Source of the DNA: Myxococcota bacterium | Lineage (GTDB): Bacteria > Myxococcota_A > UBA796 > UBA2385 | Direction of reading: 5' to 3' | DNA length: 64,000 nt | Assembly (NCBI GenBank): GCA_044344255.1 | Contig: JBIJDH010000007.1 | Location: forward strand, 192,001-256,000 | Shown: piece after piece, positions 37,610 through 46,669 of the stretch | Layout: each line of letters begins with the position of its first letter | Position numbering within the stretch: the first letter of the stretch is position 1 | Made by a program: the position numbers and the translations under genes | Notes under the pieces: model-generated | Seen by the model: the letters and a program-made list of their open reading frames with translations, nothing else | Told to the model about the DNA's origin: nothing | The model's database searches: none

Positions 37610-40351
37610 TCAGGGGCGCCAGGGCGGGCGCGCCGCCTGGGCGGACCGGGCCTTTCGCTGGGCCCAGGGGTCCGGGTCGGCCGCCGCGACAGAGGCGATG
37701 AGCGGCGCCACCTCCTTGCCCCCGACGCGGATGAGCAGCTCCAGCACGAGGCGCCGGGCGGCGGGCGTGGGGAAGTTGCCGGCCCGCCAGAGGGAGACCA
37801 GCGCCGGCCGCGCCACCTCGACGGGGAGCGTGGTGAGGGACTCGGCGGCGTTGAAGCGCACGAGCGCGCTCTCGTCGAGGAGCAGCGGTAGGAGGCGGTC
37901 GGGGGACACCTTCGCGGCGCCGAGGGCGAGGGCGGCGACCGCGCGCACCGCCGGCTCCGGATCATGGGCGAGCCGGTCGAGGAGGGGCGGATCGGTCTTC
38001 CAGGCGAGGATCGCGGTGGCCGCGGCCTCTCGGAGCAGCGGGCCGCCGTCTCGGACGAGGGGCTCGAGCGCGAGGGCGGTGCCGGCGGGATCGACCCCGA
38101 GCTCCCCGAGCCAGCGCACGACCCAGCGCTCGGCGGAGAAGGGTGGGCCTGCGGCGAGGTAGGCGAGGAGGGTGGACTGGAGCGCGGGGTCGGCGGCGGG
38201 CGAGCGCAGGGCCCGGAAGAGGGCGTCGAGCGTGTAACACTCGGCCAGGATGTCCCGCTCCAAGGCGGGGAGGAGCCGCGCGAAGGCGGCGGGGCCTCCC
38301 TGGACGAGCTCGGCACGGGCGGCGGCACACTCCACTGGGGCCGCGCAGCCCACCGAGTCGGCGCGGGCGAGGTCGGCGAGGGCGTCGGCGGAGGCCGGGG
38401 GGCGCCCGGAGGGGGCGGCGGGCGGCGGGTCGCGGAGCACGCGCATCGGCGGCAGCGCCCCCTGCGGATCGGGCGGGGGCAGCCGTGCGGGATTGTCGAT
38501 CGCCACGCCGTAGACCCAGGGCTGGGCCACGGCGTCGTCGCCAGGGGGCCCGTCGTAGCGGTCGGCGCCCGCGCCGTCGATGAAGACGCCGATCGAGCCG
38601 CGGCTGCGGTCGTATCGCCCCTGTCCGCGGGAGGGCGCGAGGCGGGCGAGGTAGCCGTCGTCTCCGGCGAGGTCGAGGAAGAAGGTGGTGGAGTTGGTGA
38701 GCGAGCCGGCCTGGGCCGTGGAATTCCCGGCGTAGAGGTCGTCGCCGCTGCGGTCGATGAGCCAGCCCACCGAGAGGTCATGGGAGCTGCCCTGCACGAT
38801 GTTGCCGCCGGAGTAGGCGTCATTCCCCGCGAGATCGAAGAGGCCGCCCACCGAGAGATGAATGCCCGAGCCCTGTCCATATTGGTACATGCCGTATCGG
38901 TCATTCCCCAGTCGGTCGACCAGATAGCCGCGGGAGAACCAATAGGAGCAGCCTTGGCCGAAGAGGTCGGCCACGTAGGCGTCGTTTCCGCTGTCATCGA
39001 CCAGCAGCCCGAGCCCGCCCCCCGCGTCGGGGCGGAGCCCGATGGAGAAGCCCTGCGAGAGGGAGAGGGTGTGGTCGGGCAGGCGAGTGGGCATGTCGGG
39101 ATACCGCCCGCCCGCACGATAGACATCGTCTCCGCCGCCCTCCCAGAGCGCCCCGACCCCGCGGACGCCGGCGAAGCCCTGGGCGTAGCCGGCCGCGTCG
39201 TAGGTGTCGGAGCCGGCGGCGTCGAGCAGGAGCCCCACCCCGCCGAAGCCGGCGCCCTCGGTGGTGGCGCCCCCGCGGTAGCTGTCGTCGCCCCCGCGAT
39301 CGAGCAGGATCCCCACGCCGAGCACCCCGGCGCCGAGCGCGGCGTTGGCCGGTCGGTCCCCCTCGAGCGCCCGATAGGAGTCATTCCCGGCGCTGTCGAT
39401 GAGCACCGAGACCCCGCCGACGCTGCCGCCGAGCGTGCCGTCGCCGCCGGTCCAGCGGTCGTCGCCCGAGCGGTCGAGGTGGACCTCCACGAGCGCCGGG
39501 CGCGCCAGATAGAGGTCATCCCCGCCCGGATCGAGGGTCAGAGCCGCGTCGAAGCGGTCGGCGCCGAGGCTGCCGAGCTGCACGACACGGTCGCCGAAGG
39601 TGAGGTCTGTCCGGGTGGTCGGCCAGGCCTCGGCGGGGAGGGAGCCCAGCGCGGCCTCGACCCGGAGGCTCCGGGCCACCACCTGGGCCGCGCTCGTGAG
39701 GTCGAGGGGCCGCCGCTCGAGGGCCCCGAGCAGCGCGAGGCTGCGGCGCTGGGTCTCCGTGGCGTCCCAGCGATCCTCGCCGTCGGGCGCGAGCAGGGTC
39801 CGGAGCGTCTCCTGCTCCTCGGGGCTCCAACCGGACAGGCCGTCGGTCACGGGCGCGCCGAGGAGGTCACAGATCGCGGCCTGGAGCCGGGGATCGAGGC
39901 CTCGCCAGGCCCGCCGCGAGGCGCGGTCCGGCGCGCAGGGCGTCGCGGGGACCGGGTAGACCCGCAGGGACTCCTGGTAGAGCGGGCTGACCGCTGAGAG
40001 CGCCGCGAGCGGCTCCCCCGCGGCCTCCGACAGGGCGCCGCTCCAGCGCGCCGCGTCGGTGGGCATCGAGAGCGGATCGTGGAGGAGGGCCTCGATGCCG
40101 GGCAAGCGCCAGCGGTCGCGTCGGTTGCCGTCCGACTGCAGGCTGTCCTTCTCAAAGGCGAGGTCGGCGGCGGTCAGATCGGCGGCGGCCAGGGCCTGGA
40201 GCACCACCGTCCGGTCCTCCGGCCGCAGCAGGGGGTCGGCGCCGAGCGCCTCGTTGGGGAGGCCGGCGAGGGCCAGAAGGAGCAGCAGGGGGCGTGACCT
40301 TCGGACAAGCCAACGGTCAGCGGGGGTGCGGGGAGTGGGGGAGGTCGGCAT
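37610..40351 (-). CDS. Exported protein with ~12 LxDxxGDDxY repeats and C-terminal HEAT repeats
   Basis: Signal peptide; repeated D..G(D/N)D.Y..QG....G.G.L units; HEAT-like DPEPAVRAVAALALG and DESALVRFNAAESL. Confidence 0.75.
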   Translation of the reverse strand: MPTSPTPRTPADRWLVRRSRPLLLLLALAGLPNEALGADPLLRPEDRTVVLQALAAADLTAADLAFEKDSLQSDGNRRDRWRLPGIEALLHDPLSMPTDAARWSGALSEAAGEPLAALSAVSPLYQESLRVYPVPATPCAPDRASRRAWRGLDPRLQAAICDLLGAPVTDGLSGWSPEEQETLRTLLAPDGEDRWDATETQRRSLALLGALERRPLDLTSAAQVVARSLRVEAALGSLPAEAWPTTRTDLTFGDRVVQLGSLGADRFDAALTLDPGGDDLYLARPALVEVHLDRSGDDRWTGGDGTLGGSVGGVSVLIDSAGNDSYRALEGDRPANAALGAGVLGVGILLDRGGDDSYRGGATTEGAGFGGVGLLLDAAGSDTYDAAGYAQGFAGVRGVGALWEGGGDDVYRAGGRYPDMPTRLPDHTLSLSQGFSIGLRPDAGGGLGLLVDDSGNDAYVADLFGQGCSYWFSRGYLVDRLGNDRYGMYQYGQGSGIHLSVGGLFDLAGNDAYSGGNIVQGSSHDLSVGWLIDRSGDDLYAGNSTAQAGSLTNSTTFFLDLAGDDGYLARLAPSRGQGRYDRSRGSIGVFIDGAGADRYDGPPGDDAVAQPWVYGVAIDNPARLPPPDPQGALPPMRVLRDPPPAAPSGRPPASADALADLARADSVGCAAPVECAAARAELVQGGPAAFARLLPALERDILAECYTLDALFRALRSPAADPALQSTLLAYLAAGPPFSAERWVVRWLGELGVDPAGTALALEPLVRDGGPLLREAAATAILAWKTDPPLLDRLAHDPEPAVRAVAALALGAAKVSPDRLLPLLLDESALVRFNAAESLTTLPVEVARPALVSLWRAGNFPTPAARRLVLELLIRVGGKEVAPLIASVAAADPDPWAQRKARSAQAARPPWRP

Positions 40352-40556
40352 CGGGCCAGTCTACGACACGCCGCGGCGGGCTGTCGGCGCCTGTGGGTGC
40401 CCGGAACCGAGGCGAGGCCGATGTAGGGAGTGTTCCAGGGGCCTTGCCGATCGCCGAACGCGCCGGGGCCCGCATCCGCCCGAGCAGGGGAGAAGGCGGA
40501 TGGTGACAGGGCGGGCCATGGGGCGACCAGAGTCCGTTCCCCGTGGGTCGTCCGAG

Positions 40557-40577
40557 GGCATTCATCCTTCCTATCCG
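40557..40577 (+). mobile_element. IS91/ISCR oriIS-like end (left)
   Basis: GGCATTCATCCTTCCTATCCG contains the TTCCTAT core of IS91/ISCR oriIS. GC content drops immediately after it. Confidence 0.5.
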
Positions 40578-40621
40578 ATCCGCTCCACGGGATCTCGCGA
40601 GACACAGCGGTCAGTCTATGA

Positions 40622-41236
40622 TTACTTCATTCGGGTAATTTGGATGTGGTAGAAATTGATGTCAGTGTATTGAAAATCACAGTTCAATTCGATTGTCGTT
40701 ACATCTTGCCTGCAATCGCCGCGCGGTGTCGCCACGACGTCGCGAAACCCAAATCGCATGTCACCCCTCGCGCACTGGTCTTGCGGGACCCAATCAATGC
40801 TGACGTTTACCGTTCCGGAGTCGCCTTCGAAGTAGCACCACTCAGATTCTGAGTCATCCGATTCGGCGCGCGCATGAATAAACACGTCGCCGGGAGACAG
40901 ATAATCTCTGACGGTTATGTCGATTGGACCAACGTCCTCACAGGTCGAGGGTGGGCCAGGACCCTCGAAGCCAACGTACTCCATGGGAAAGGAGAATTCG
41001 ACCAGGTACTCGGTGCCTTTGTAGTGCCCGGCCCAGAACCACTGACCCCGCTCTGGAACGGACTGACTCGGGTAACCGAGAATTGTATACCCGTCTTCTG
41101 ACTCGGGAGAGCCCAAGTGCTGGCAAAAGTCTGGATCGAGAGATGGCTTTGTCTTGTCGGCACAGCCGAATGAAAATAGTGCGGAACCAAGAAGGGCACA
41201 TCCGACCCTCGATAGGCGTCCGTCGCCGCAGTCCAT
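40622..41236 (-). CDS. Lower-GC hypothetical Cys-containing lipoprotein
   Basis: Lipobox FGC. AT-richer codon usage than the flanking genes. Confidence 0.7.
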   Translation of the reverse strand: MDCGDGRLSRVGCALLGSALFSFGCADKTKPSLDPDFCQHLGSPESEDGYTILGYPSQSVPERGQWFWAGHYKGTEYLVEFSFPMEYVGFEGPGPPSTCEDVGPIDITVRDYLSPGDVFIHARAESDDSESEWCYFEGDSGTVNVSIDWVPQDQCARGDMRFGFRDVVATPRGDCRQDVTTIELNCDFQYTDINFYHIQITRMK

Positions 41237-41334
41237 CGGGAAAAGAGTGCCGGGGGTGGACAATTTCCGCTTCCAAACCGGCGGGGTCAGGACTCTGCAG
41301 TTAACCGGTCTGCGGCGACGCAATCCGGTCGCAG

Positions 41335-41600
41335 GAGATAGGGCGCATGAATGGCGGGGAGCGGTCATGGCGCTCAGCCTACCACAGGTCACCGCTACCC
41401 TCGCTCTCCCGGCGTACCGCCCCGACGGGGCGTCCTTCCGCGAACACCCGATAGAGGATCTCGCCCCAGGAGGGCCGGAGGCGCCTGCGCTTCATCTGCC
41501 CCTTCTGCCGCACAGGGGGCCTGGAAACAGGGCAGACGGACCGCGCGGCCGCGGCCGCTGCGGGATCAGGGTAGGAGGGGGGTGCGGTACGCCGCTTGCG
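41335..41600 (-). pseudogene. IS91-family transposase C-terminal relic with oriIS-like end (right)
   Basis: Minus-strand KRRRLRPSWGEILYRVFAE resembles the WxxLLxRVF motif of IS91/ISCR transposases. It is followed by CATTCATGCGCCCTATC, an inverted copy of the left end. Confidence 0.5.
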
Positions 41601-41625
41601 TGGTTGGTCGAACGGAGGCACCCCC

Positions 41626-42393
41626 ATGTCGCTCGCCCTCGCCCTCTCGCTGCCCCTCGCGCTGTCCTCGGCCCGCGCCGACGTGGCCGCTCAGCCCCGC
41701 GTCGCCGTCGTCGCGGTGAATCCCCGGGCCGGCGCAGAGGGTGTGCCGGTCGACACCATGCCCAGCATCGGCTTCGAGGCGACCGTGGTGAGCGAGGTCA
41801 CCGTCACCGTCGTCGCCGTCGAGAGCGGCGACATGCTGAAGACTGAGATCCTGCAGGTGCAGCCCGGGATCAACCTCGTCACGATCGAGCCCGGCGCGGG
41901 CTTCGCGGCGGACACCGCGTACGAGATCTCGGCGAGCGCCCCGCTCATGGGTGACGTGGTCGTGGGCTTCACCACCGGCGCCGATGTCGCGGTTGAGGTG
42001 CCCGCGCCCGAGCTGCTCACCGACGAGACCCGCCCCCTCACCTACGACGGCGCCGCGAGCTCCGGCGCGCTCGACGTGTCGGTCGACCCCGACGCCACCT
42101 TCCCGGCCATGGTCGTCGTCACAGACGTGGCGTCTGGCGAGATCGTGGGGATCACCCTCCCGCTCGCGGGCCCCGCGAACATCCGCGTGCGGGTCGAGGC
42201 CCCGGCCGACGCCAGGCCGGACGAGGTGTGCCTCCAGGCCACCGGCGTCGACCTCGCGGGGCGCGAGGCCGTCGGCGGCGAGCGCTGCTACGGGGTCGAG
42301 GCCCGCGCGTTGGGCTGCTCGTCGGCGCCGGGGTCGATGGCGGGCGTCGCGATGGGGATCTTGTTGGCGCGCGGGTTGGCGCGGCGGCGCTGA
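41626..42393 (+). CDS. Ig-like surface protein with MYXO-CTERM-like sorting tail
   Basis: Signal peptide; Ig-like start VNPRAGAEGVPVDT; C-terminal GCSSAPG-TM-RRR. Confidence 0.75.
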   Translation: MSLALALSLPLALSSARADVAAQPRVAVVAVNPRAGAEGVPVDTMPSIGFEATVVSEVTVTVVAVESGDMLKTEILQVQPGINLVTIEPGAGFAADTAYEISASAPLMGDVVVGFTTGADVAVEVPAPELLTDETRPLTYDGAASSGALDVSVDPDATFPAMVVVTDVASGEIVGITLPLAGPANIRVRVEAPADARPDEVCLQATGVDLAGREAVGGERCYGVEARALGCSSAPGSMAGVAMGILLARGLARRR

Positions 42394-42516
42394 CCGCGGG
42401 CGCGCCCCTGCACGTGGGGGCGGGCACCGGGTTTTTCAGGTTGACCGAGGCCATCTCGATCAGGGGGCAACCTCTCTCGGCGGCAGTTCCACTCCGGAAT
42501 GCTACCCATCCATGCC

Positions 42517-42531
42517 TGGCACCAACTCTGC
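42517..42531 (+). promoter_or_regulatory. Candidate sigma54 promoter
   Basis: TGGCAC-CAACT-CTGC (GG-N10-GC), ~80 bp upstream of the lipoprotein start. Confidence 0.4.
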
Positions 42532-42608
42532 GGAAATGCGACGGCGATTGTCCTGATCCCCGGTCGGGCGTGCGACACTCGGGGGTCTTCCGACCGGAGG
42601 GTCCAACT

Positions 42609-43880
42609 GTGTTCTTCGTGCGCCTCACCCGCCTTGCCTTCCTCGCTGCGCTCGTCGGGTGCGCGAACCGCCAGCCGGAAGGGGCCGTCCGGCTGGCGGA
42701 TCTCGGACAGCTCGACATCCGCGGACCCGAGGGGGCCTGGGCGCCCGGCGTGGGAGCCGACTTGCTCCCCCTCGGCCGATGGATCGAGGTACAAGGCCAG
42801 ATCGCCTTCACCTACGTGGACGCCGAGCAGGGGCCCTCCGCCGGCTGGGTGGACGGGAAGGGGTTCCACGTCTATCGGGTGAGTCAAGAGCCCGCGGGGG
42901 TGCGGGTTCTTGACGACGCGGCGCGTGTGGCCGCTGGGCTCCCGGAGGTGGCGCCGTGGCTCGGCACGTACGGCCCGCAACCGACGCCGGGCACACGATG
43001 GGGCGCCTGGCGCGCGGATCCACGCTTCGCGGGACGCTTCCACCCCGAATACCCGGACGATCTGCGCGTCGTCGTCGGCGCCCAAACCTCGGACGGCTTT
43101 ACGATCGAGGCGGTCTGGCTCTCTCTGCGTGACTGCTCCGCGACGAGTTGTCGTGGTGCGCTCCTCAACCAGCCGGACCAGGTTGCGCTCACCCGGGGGC
43201 AACAACTTGAGTTTGAGCTGGACGACCTGAAGGGCGGGGGGCTCCCGCCGGCGGTGCCGCTTGGCCAGGTGGTGCCGGAGCAGCTCGTCGCGCTTGCGGC
43301 GTCGGACACACTGGCGGGCAAGAAGCAGGACGCCACCACCTGGGAGGTCGACTACGAGCTCCCGGCGTCCGAACGGCTCATCCCGATGAGCCAGTGGGTG
43401 TTGGTCGGCGAGGAGCTGGGGTTTGTCGCGCTCGGGCCGTTCGGCCCCGAAGCGTTGATGTTCACGGACGACGCGGTGCGGCGGCAGAGCCTCCTCTGGC
43501 GACCGCGCGCCATGCGGGCGCTGACCCAGGAGGAGCTGACCCGGTTGGGTCTCCCCAGTTCCCCGCTCCAGGACCCTACCGGGCAGCCCGCGCCGAGCCC
43601 CTGGGGGGAATGGCGCCTCGATCCCCGGCTCACGTCACTCCTGGACCCAGCTGACCCGGATGTGCTCTACGTCCACCTGGCCGCGCCGGGAGCGGGCCGC
43701 GACACCATGGCGCCGCTCGTTCACGTGATGATCCGAAGCTGCACCCGGGACTCTTGCCAGGCTGTCCTGCTCGCTGACGCGCCTGGCACCGGGCTCGGGA
43801 AGGGTGACACGGTGGGGTTCGGGTTGGACTTAGTCGTTGGGGGAGCCCCCGTGGTGGTGCTCCCGCCGCCCGGGCGGTGA
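42609..43880 (+). CDS. Hypothetical lipoprotein with an internally duplicated domain
   Basis: Lipobox LVGC. Two copies of WGxWRxDPR..PD.L.V....C....C...LL. Confidence 0.72.
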   Translation: MFFVRLTRLAFLAALVGCANRQPEGAVRLADLGQLDIRGPEGAWAPGVGADLLPLGRWIEVQGQIAFTYVDAEQGPSAGWVDGKGFHVYRVSQEPAGVRVLDDAARVAAGLPEVAPWLGTYGPQPTPGTRWGAWRADPRFAGRFHPEYPDDLRVVVGAQTSDGFTIEAVWLSLRDCSATSCRGALLNQPDQVALTRGQQLEFELDDLKGGGLPPAVPLGQVVPEQLVALAASDTLAGKKQDATTWEVDYELPASERLIPMSQWVLVGEELGFVALGPFGPEALMFTDDAVRRQSLLWRPRAMRALTQEELTRLGLPSSPLQDPTGQPAPSPWGEWRLDPRLTSLLDPADPDVLYVHLAAPGAGRDTMAPLVHVMIRSCTRDSCQAVLLADAPGTGLGKGDTVGFGLDLVVGGAPVVVLPPPGR

Positions 43881-44119
43881 ACCGCCGGACGCCTGACTCG
43901 GGCGCGCCTGGCGGTGGACCTGCGGGGTGAAGGCGGTCCAACGCCGGGATTCGGGGCGTTTCCCATCCCACCCACGTCGACCGGGTGCGTCCGCCCGCGC
44001 AACGTGCTCGGATGGCCCGCGCCCTGCGATCGTGGCCGCGTGGGAGCGCTCCAGGTGGGCGGCGATGTCGGGAGGGTAGAGGGGAATCGGGTGCTCATCG
44101 GTTTGGTGAGGAGGCATTC

Positions 44120-44562
44120 ACCGAGATGCAGGCGATGTCGATGAGATCGCGCATCATCTCCTCCTGCCAGGAGACATGGAGCGACAGCTCCGGCTCGTCG
44201 ATGAGGATCAGGCTGTGGGCGGCCACATCGAAGAGCAGCTCGTGGAGGAGCACCAGCTCGTGTTGCTCTCCCGACGAGAGGCAGGACAGGGGCAGGGGGC
44301 CGCCGGCGGCCGTCACCGCCCGGTAGCCGGCCTCCACGTCGAGCTTCACGACCTTCGGCGCCAGCTTGTGGTTGAGGCTCTTGAGCAGGCGCTCGGAGCG
44401 CGCCACCACGGGCTCAAAGGGTTGCAGCTTCTGCTCGCGGTCGCCGAGGATGACGGCGAAGGTGCCCCGCTGGGTGGCGTCGAGCTCGCCATTGTCGAGG
44501 GGCGGGGGAAGCTCCCGAATGAGCCCCAGCGCCACGAGCCGCTCCTCCCGCTCCCGCATCAA
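44120..44562 (-). pseudogene. Internal fragment of an ABC/AAA_21-type ATPase (defence-associated family)
   Basis: Signature LSSGEQHEL and Walker B/D-loop LILIDEPELSLH present. Walker A and the H-loop (THS) are absent. Confidence 0.72.
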
Positions 44563-44565
44563 CGG

Positions 44566-45624
44566 TTACGCTGTCGGCCCCGCGTCGAGGGGTGCGCTGG
44601 TGCCGATCCAGGCGCCCTCGGCGGTGAGCTCGAGGCGTGCGGGGGCCAGGAGGAGAAGGCTCCGCTCCTGTCCAGTGATGACCGGAAAACCATAGGATAA
44701 CGATGTGTGCTTCGTGTCTTTGCCCGCGGCCACTCGCGCCTCGATAAAGGCTCGATGAGCGGCGAGGCGCTCGGCGCCGCGGGCTCGGCCGACCTGGACA
44801 GACGCCCGAAGGGTGGTGTCGATCACCGCCCGGAGCGCGGGGGTCCGATCGTATCCCACGCTGTTGCGCGCCGCCGAGAACGCAGCGGCCATCGTCGTGC
44901 CCGTGCCGACGAAGGGATCGAGCACCGTGTCCCCCTGGAGAGAGTACATGTTCACGAGTCGGTAGGGCAGCTCGAAGGGGAAGGCGGCGCTGCGTGCGCG
45001 GAGCCCATCCTGGGCGAGGCGCTGGCCGGCGCCCTTGAGGTCGCTCCACACATCCGAGAACCAGGCGTTCCGCTCCTCCCAGAAGTAGGCCGACGCGGCC
45101 CGGGTGGCCTTCTCGGCGGCGTTGAAGGTGCGCTTGCCGCCCTTTCGGAAGACCAGGATGTATTCGTGCTCGTAGGTGACGTAGGCCCCCGCCGGGAGCA
45201 TCCCCGAGCCCATGAATTTGTTGGGAGCGTTCGTCGGCTTTCGCCACAGGATGTCGGGGAGCGGCGTCAGCCCCAGGCGCATCATCGCGGTGATGACCCG
45301 GGCGTGGTTGGGGTACAGGCAGAACTCCCCCCCGACGCTGCGGGTCGCGTCGCCGATGTTGATGCAGGCCATGCCCCCCGGCACCAGCACGCGCCGACAC
45401 TCGGCCCAGACCGCGTCGAGCGCGGTGTGCATCGCCTCGAAGGCCTCCGCGCCCCGCTCGGCGGCGAGGTGGTCGGCCACGGTCGGCACCAGCTCGGCGA
45501 AGACGCCGTCCCACATCTCGATCATCGGGTAGGGCGGCGAGGTGACCACGAGGTGCACCGACGCGTCCCGGATCGCCGACATCTCTCGGGCATCGCCGAT
45601 GTGCAGGGTGTGCGTGGTCTTCAC
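44566..45624 (-). CDS. Orphan beta-class N4-cytosine/N6-adenine DNA methyltransferase
   Basis: Motif IV VTSPPY precedes motif I VLDPFVGTGTT. Confidence 0.92.
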   Translation of the reverse strand: MKTTHTLHIGDAREMSAIRDASVHLVVTSPPYPMIEMWDGVFAELVPTVADHLAAERGAEAFEAMHTALDAVWAECRRVLVPGGMACINIGDATRSVGGEFCLYPNHARVITAMMRLGLTPLPDILWRKPTNAPNKFMGSGMLPAGAYVTYEHEYILVFRKGGKRTFNAAEKATRAASAYFWEERNAWFSDVWSDLKGAGQRLAQDGLRARSAAFPFELPYRLVNMYSLQGDTVLDPFVGTGTTMAAAFSAARNSVGYDRTPALRAVIDTTLRASVQVGRARGAERLAAHRAFIEARVAAGKDTKHTSLSYGFPVITGQERSLLLLAPARLELTAEGAWIGTSAPLDAGPTA

Positions 45625-45844
45625 GGGCTCTCCAGACGCGGCGATGGGTCATGCGAAGCGTCAGGTCTATGCGGTTGAGGGGCAGCTTCCCACCTCGCCG
45701 CCGCGCCCAGACGTGCAGCGGCCGCGTCGCGGGGACTGGACGCGGGAACACGCAGGGTATGACCGTTCCCAGGAATATAGGAGGTTCCTGTATTTTTTTC
45801 GACCCCGCGGCGAGGCCTGAGGTAGGTGCGGGCAGGAGGTGACC

Positions 45845-46432
45845 ATGCGGTTCACCCTGGTGTGGATTTTTATCGCGGGATGCGCCAGAGGGCAGATCAC
45901 GAGCGACCAGGAGGCCGAGTGGGCCTGGATGGGGCTCGAGGGCGCCGTGGACCAGGCGCTGACGCTCGGACTTCAGGGATACAGCGAGGCCGGCTCGGCG
46001 AACATCGCCGCCCAAAGCGGCACCGGGGACGTGAGCGGCACGATCACCGTGACCGGCCAGGCCGATCAGGGGAGCTCGGACAACAAGGGCCTCCGGCTGG
46101 ACATCGCGCTGGTGGGCTACCGGGACCGCGTCGACCTGAACGAGGACGGCGACGAGGACCTCGCGGTGACCTACGACACGCCGGAGGGCGCAGATCTGCT
46201 CGCCGACCTCAAGCTGCGCGACCAGCCGGATGGCACGCTCTCCGGCACCGTCACGCGGGACGTGGAGATGATCGGTGACCTGGAGGGCGCGATCCGGCTC
46301 GCGCTGGACATCGACGGGCCCACCGAGTCCGACGGAGGGGAAGGCGTGATGCTCGTAGACGGCGAGACCCACGTCTCGGGCACCGCCACCAACGAAGGCG
46401 GCGGTGTGTTCGAGGTGGACGTCACCCGCTGA
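45845..46432 (+). CDS. Hypothetical acidic lipoprotein
   Basis: Lipobox IAGC; AGGAGGT RBS. Confidence 0.72.
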   Translation: MRFTLVWIFIAGCARGQITSDQEAEWAWMGLEGAVDQALTLGLQGYSEAGSANIAAQSGTGDVSGTITVTGQADQGSSDNKGLRLDIALVGYRDRVDLNEDGDEDLAVTYDTPEGADLLADLKLRDQPDGTLSGTVTRDVEMIGDLEGAIRLALDIDGPTESDGGEGVMLVDGETHVSGTATNEGGGVFEVDVTR

Positions 46433-46439
46433 GCGGCGG

Positions 46440-46464
46440 CGGCCGCCCTCAAGGGGGGCGGCCG
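46440..46464 (+). terminator. GC-rich hairpin after the lipoprotein gene
   Basis: CGGCCGCCCTC-AAG-GGGGGCGGCCG; no U-tract. Confidence 0.4.
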
Positions 46465-46669
46465 GGCGCACCCATCACATTCGGTGGATGGTATTTCCAA
46501 GCGTGTGAATGAGAATGGAGCGTCTCTCCTGAAACGCAAACGGCAGGTCTTGTCTGTCGGTGTCCAGGAGTCGACGGCCGGCCGGCGCTGCGACACCTTG
46601 CCTCAGGGCGGCTGCGCGGGGGGCTTGCTAGAAAGCGTCGCTCTTTACGCTCTCTACGGGGTCCCCACC

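Noticed and set aside
42444..42482. Group II intron domain VI-like hairpin (AGGGG-GCAA-CCTCTCTCGG)
   Set aside because: No recognisable domain V or RT remnant upstream.
45770..45790. TATAGGAGGTTC resembling a reversed ISCR oriIS
   Set aside because: No transposase relic or GC shift. It sits inside a CAGGAA..TTCCTG palindrome in a divergent promoter region, so an operator or chance match is more likely.
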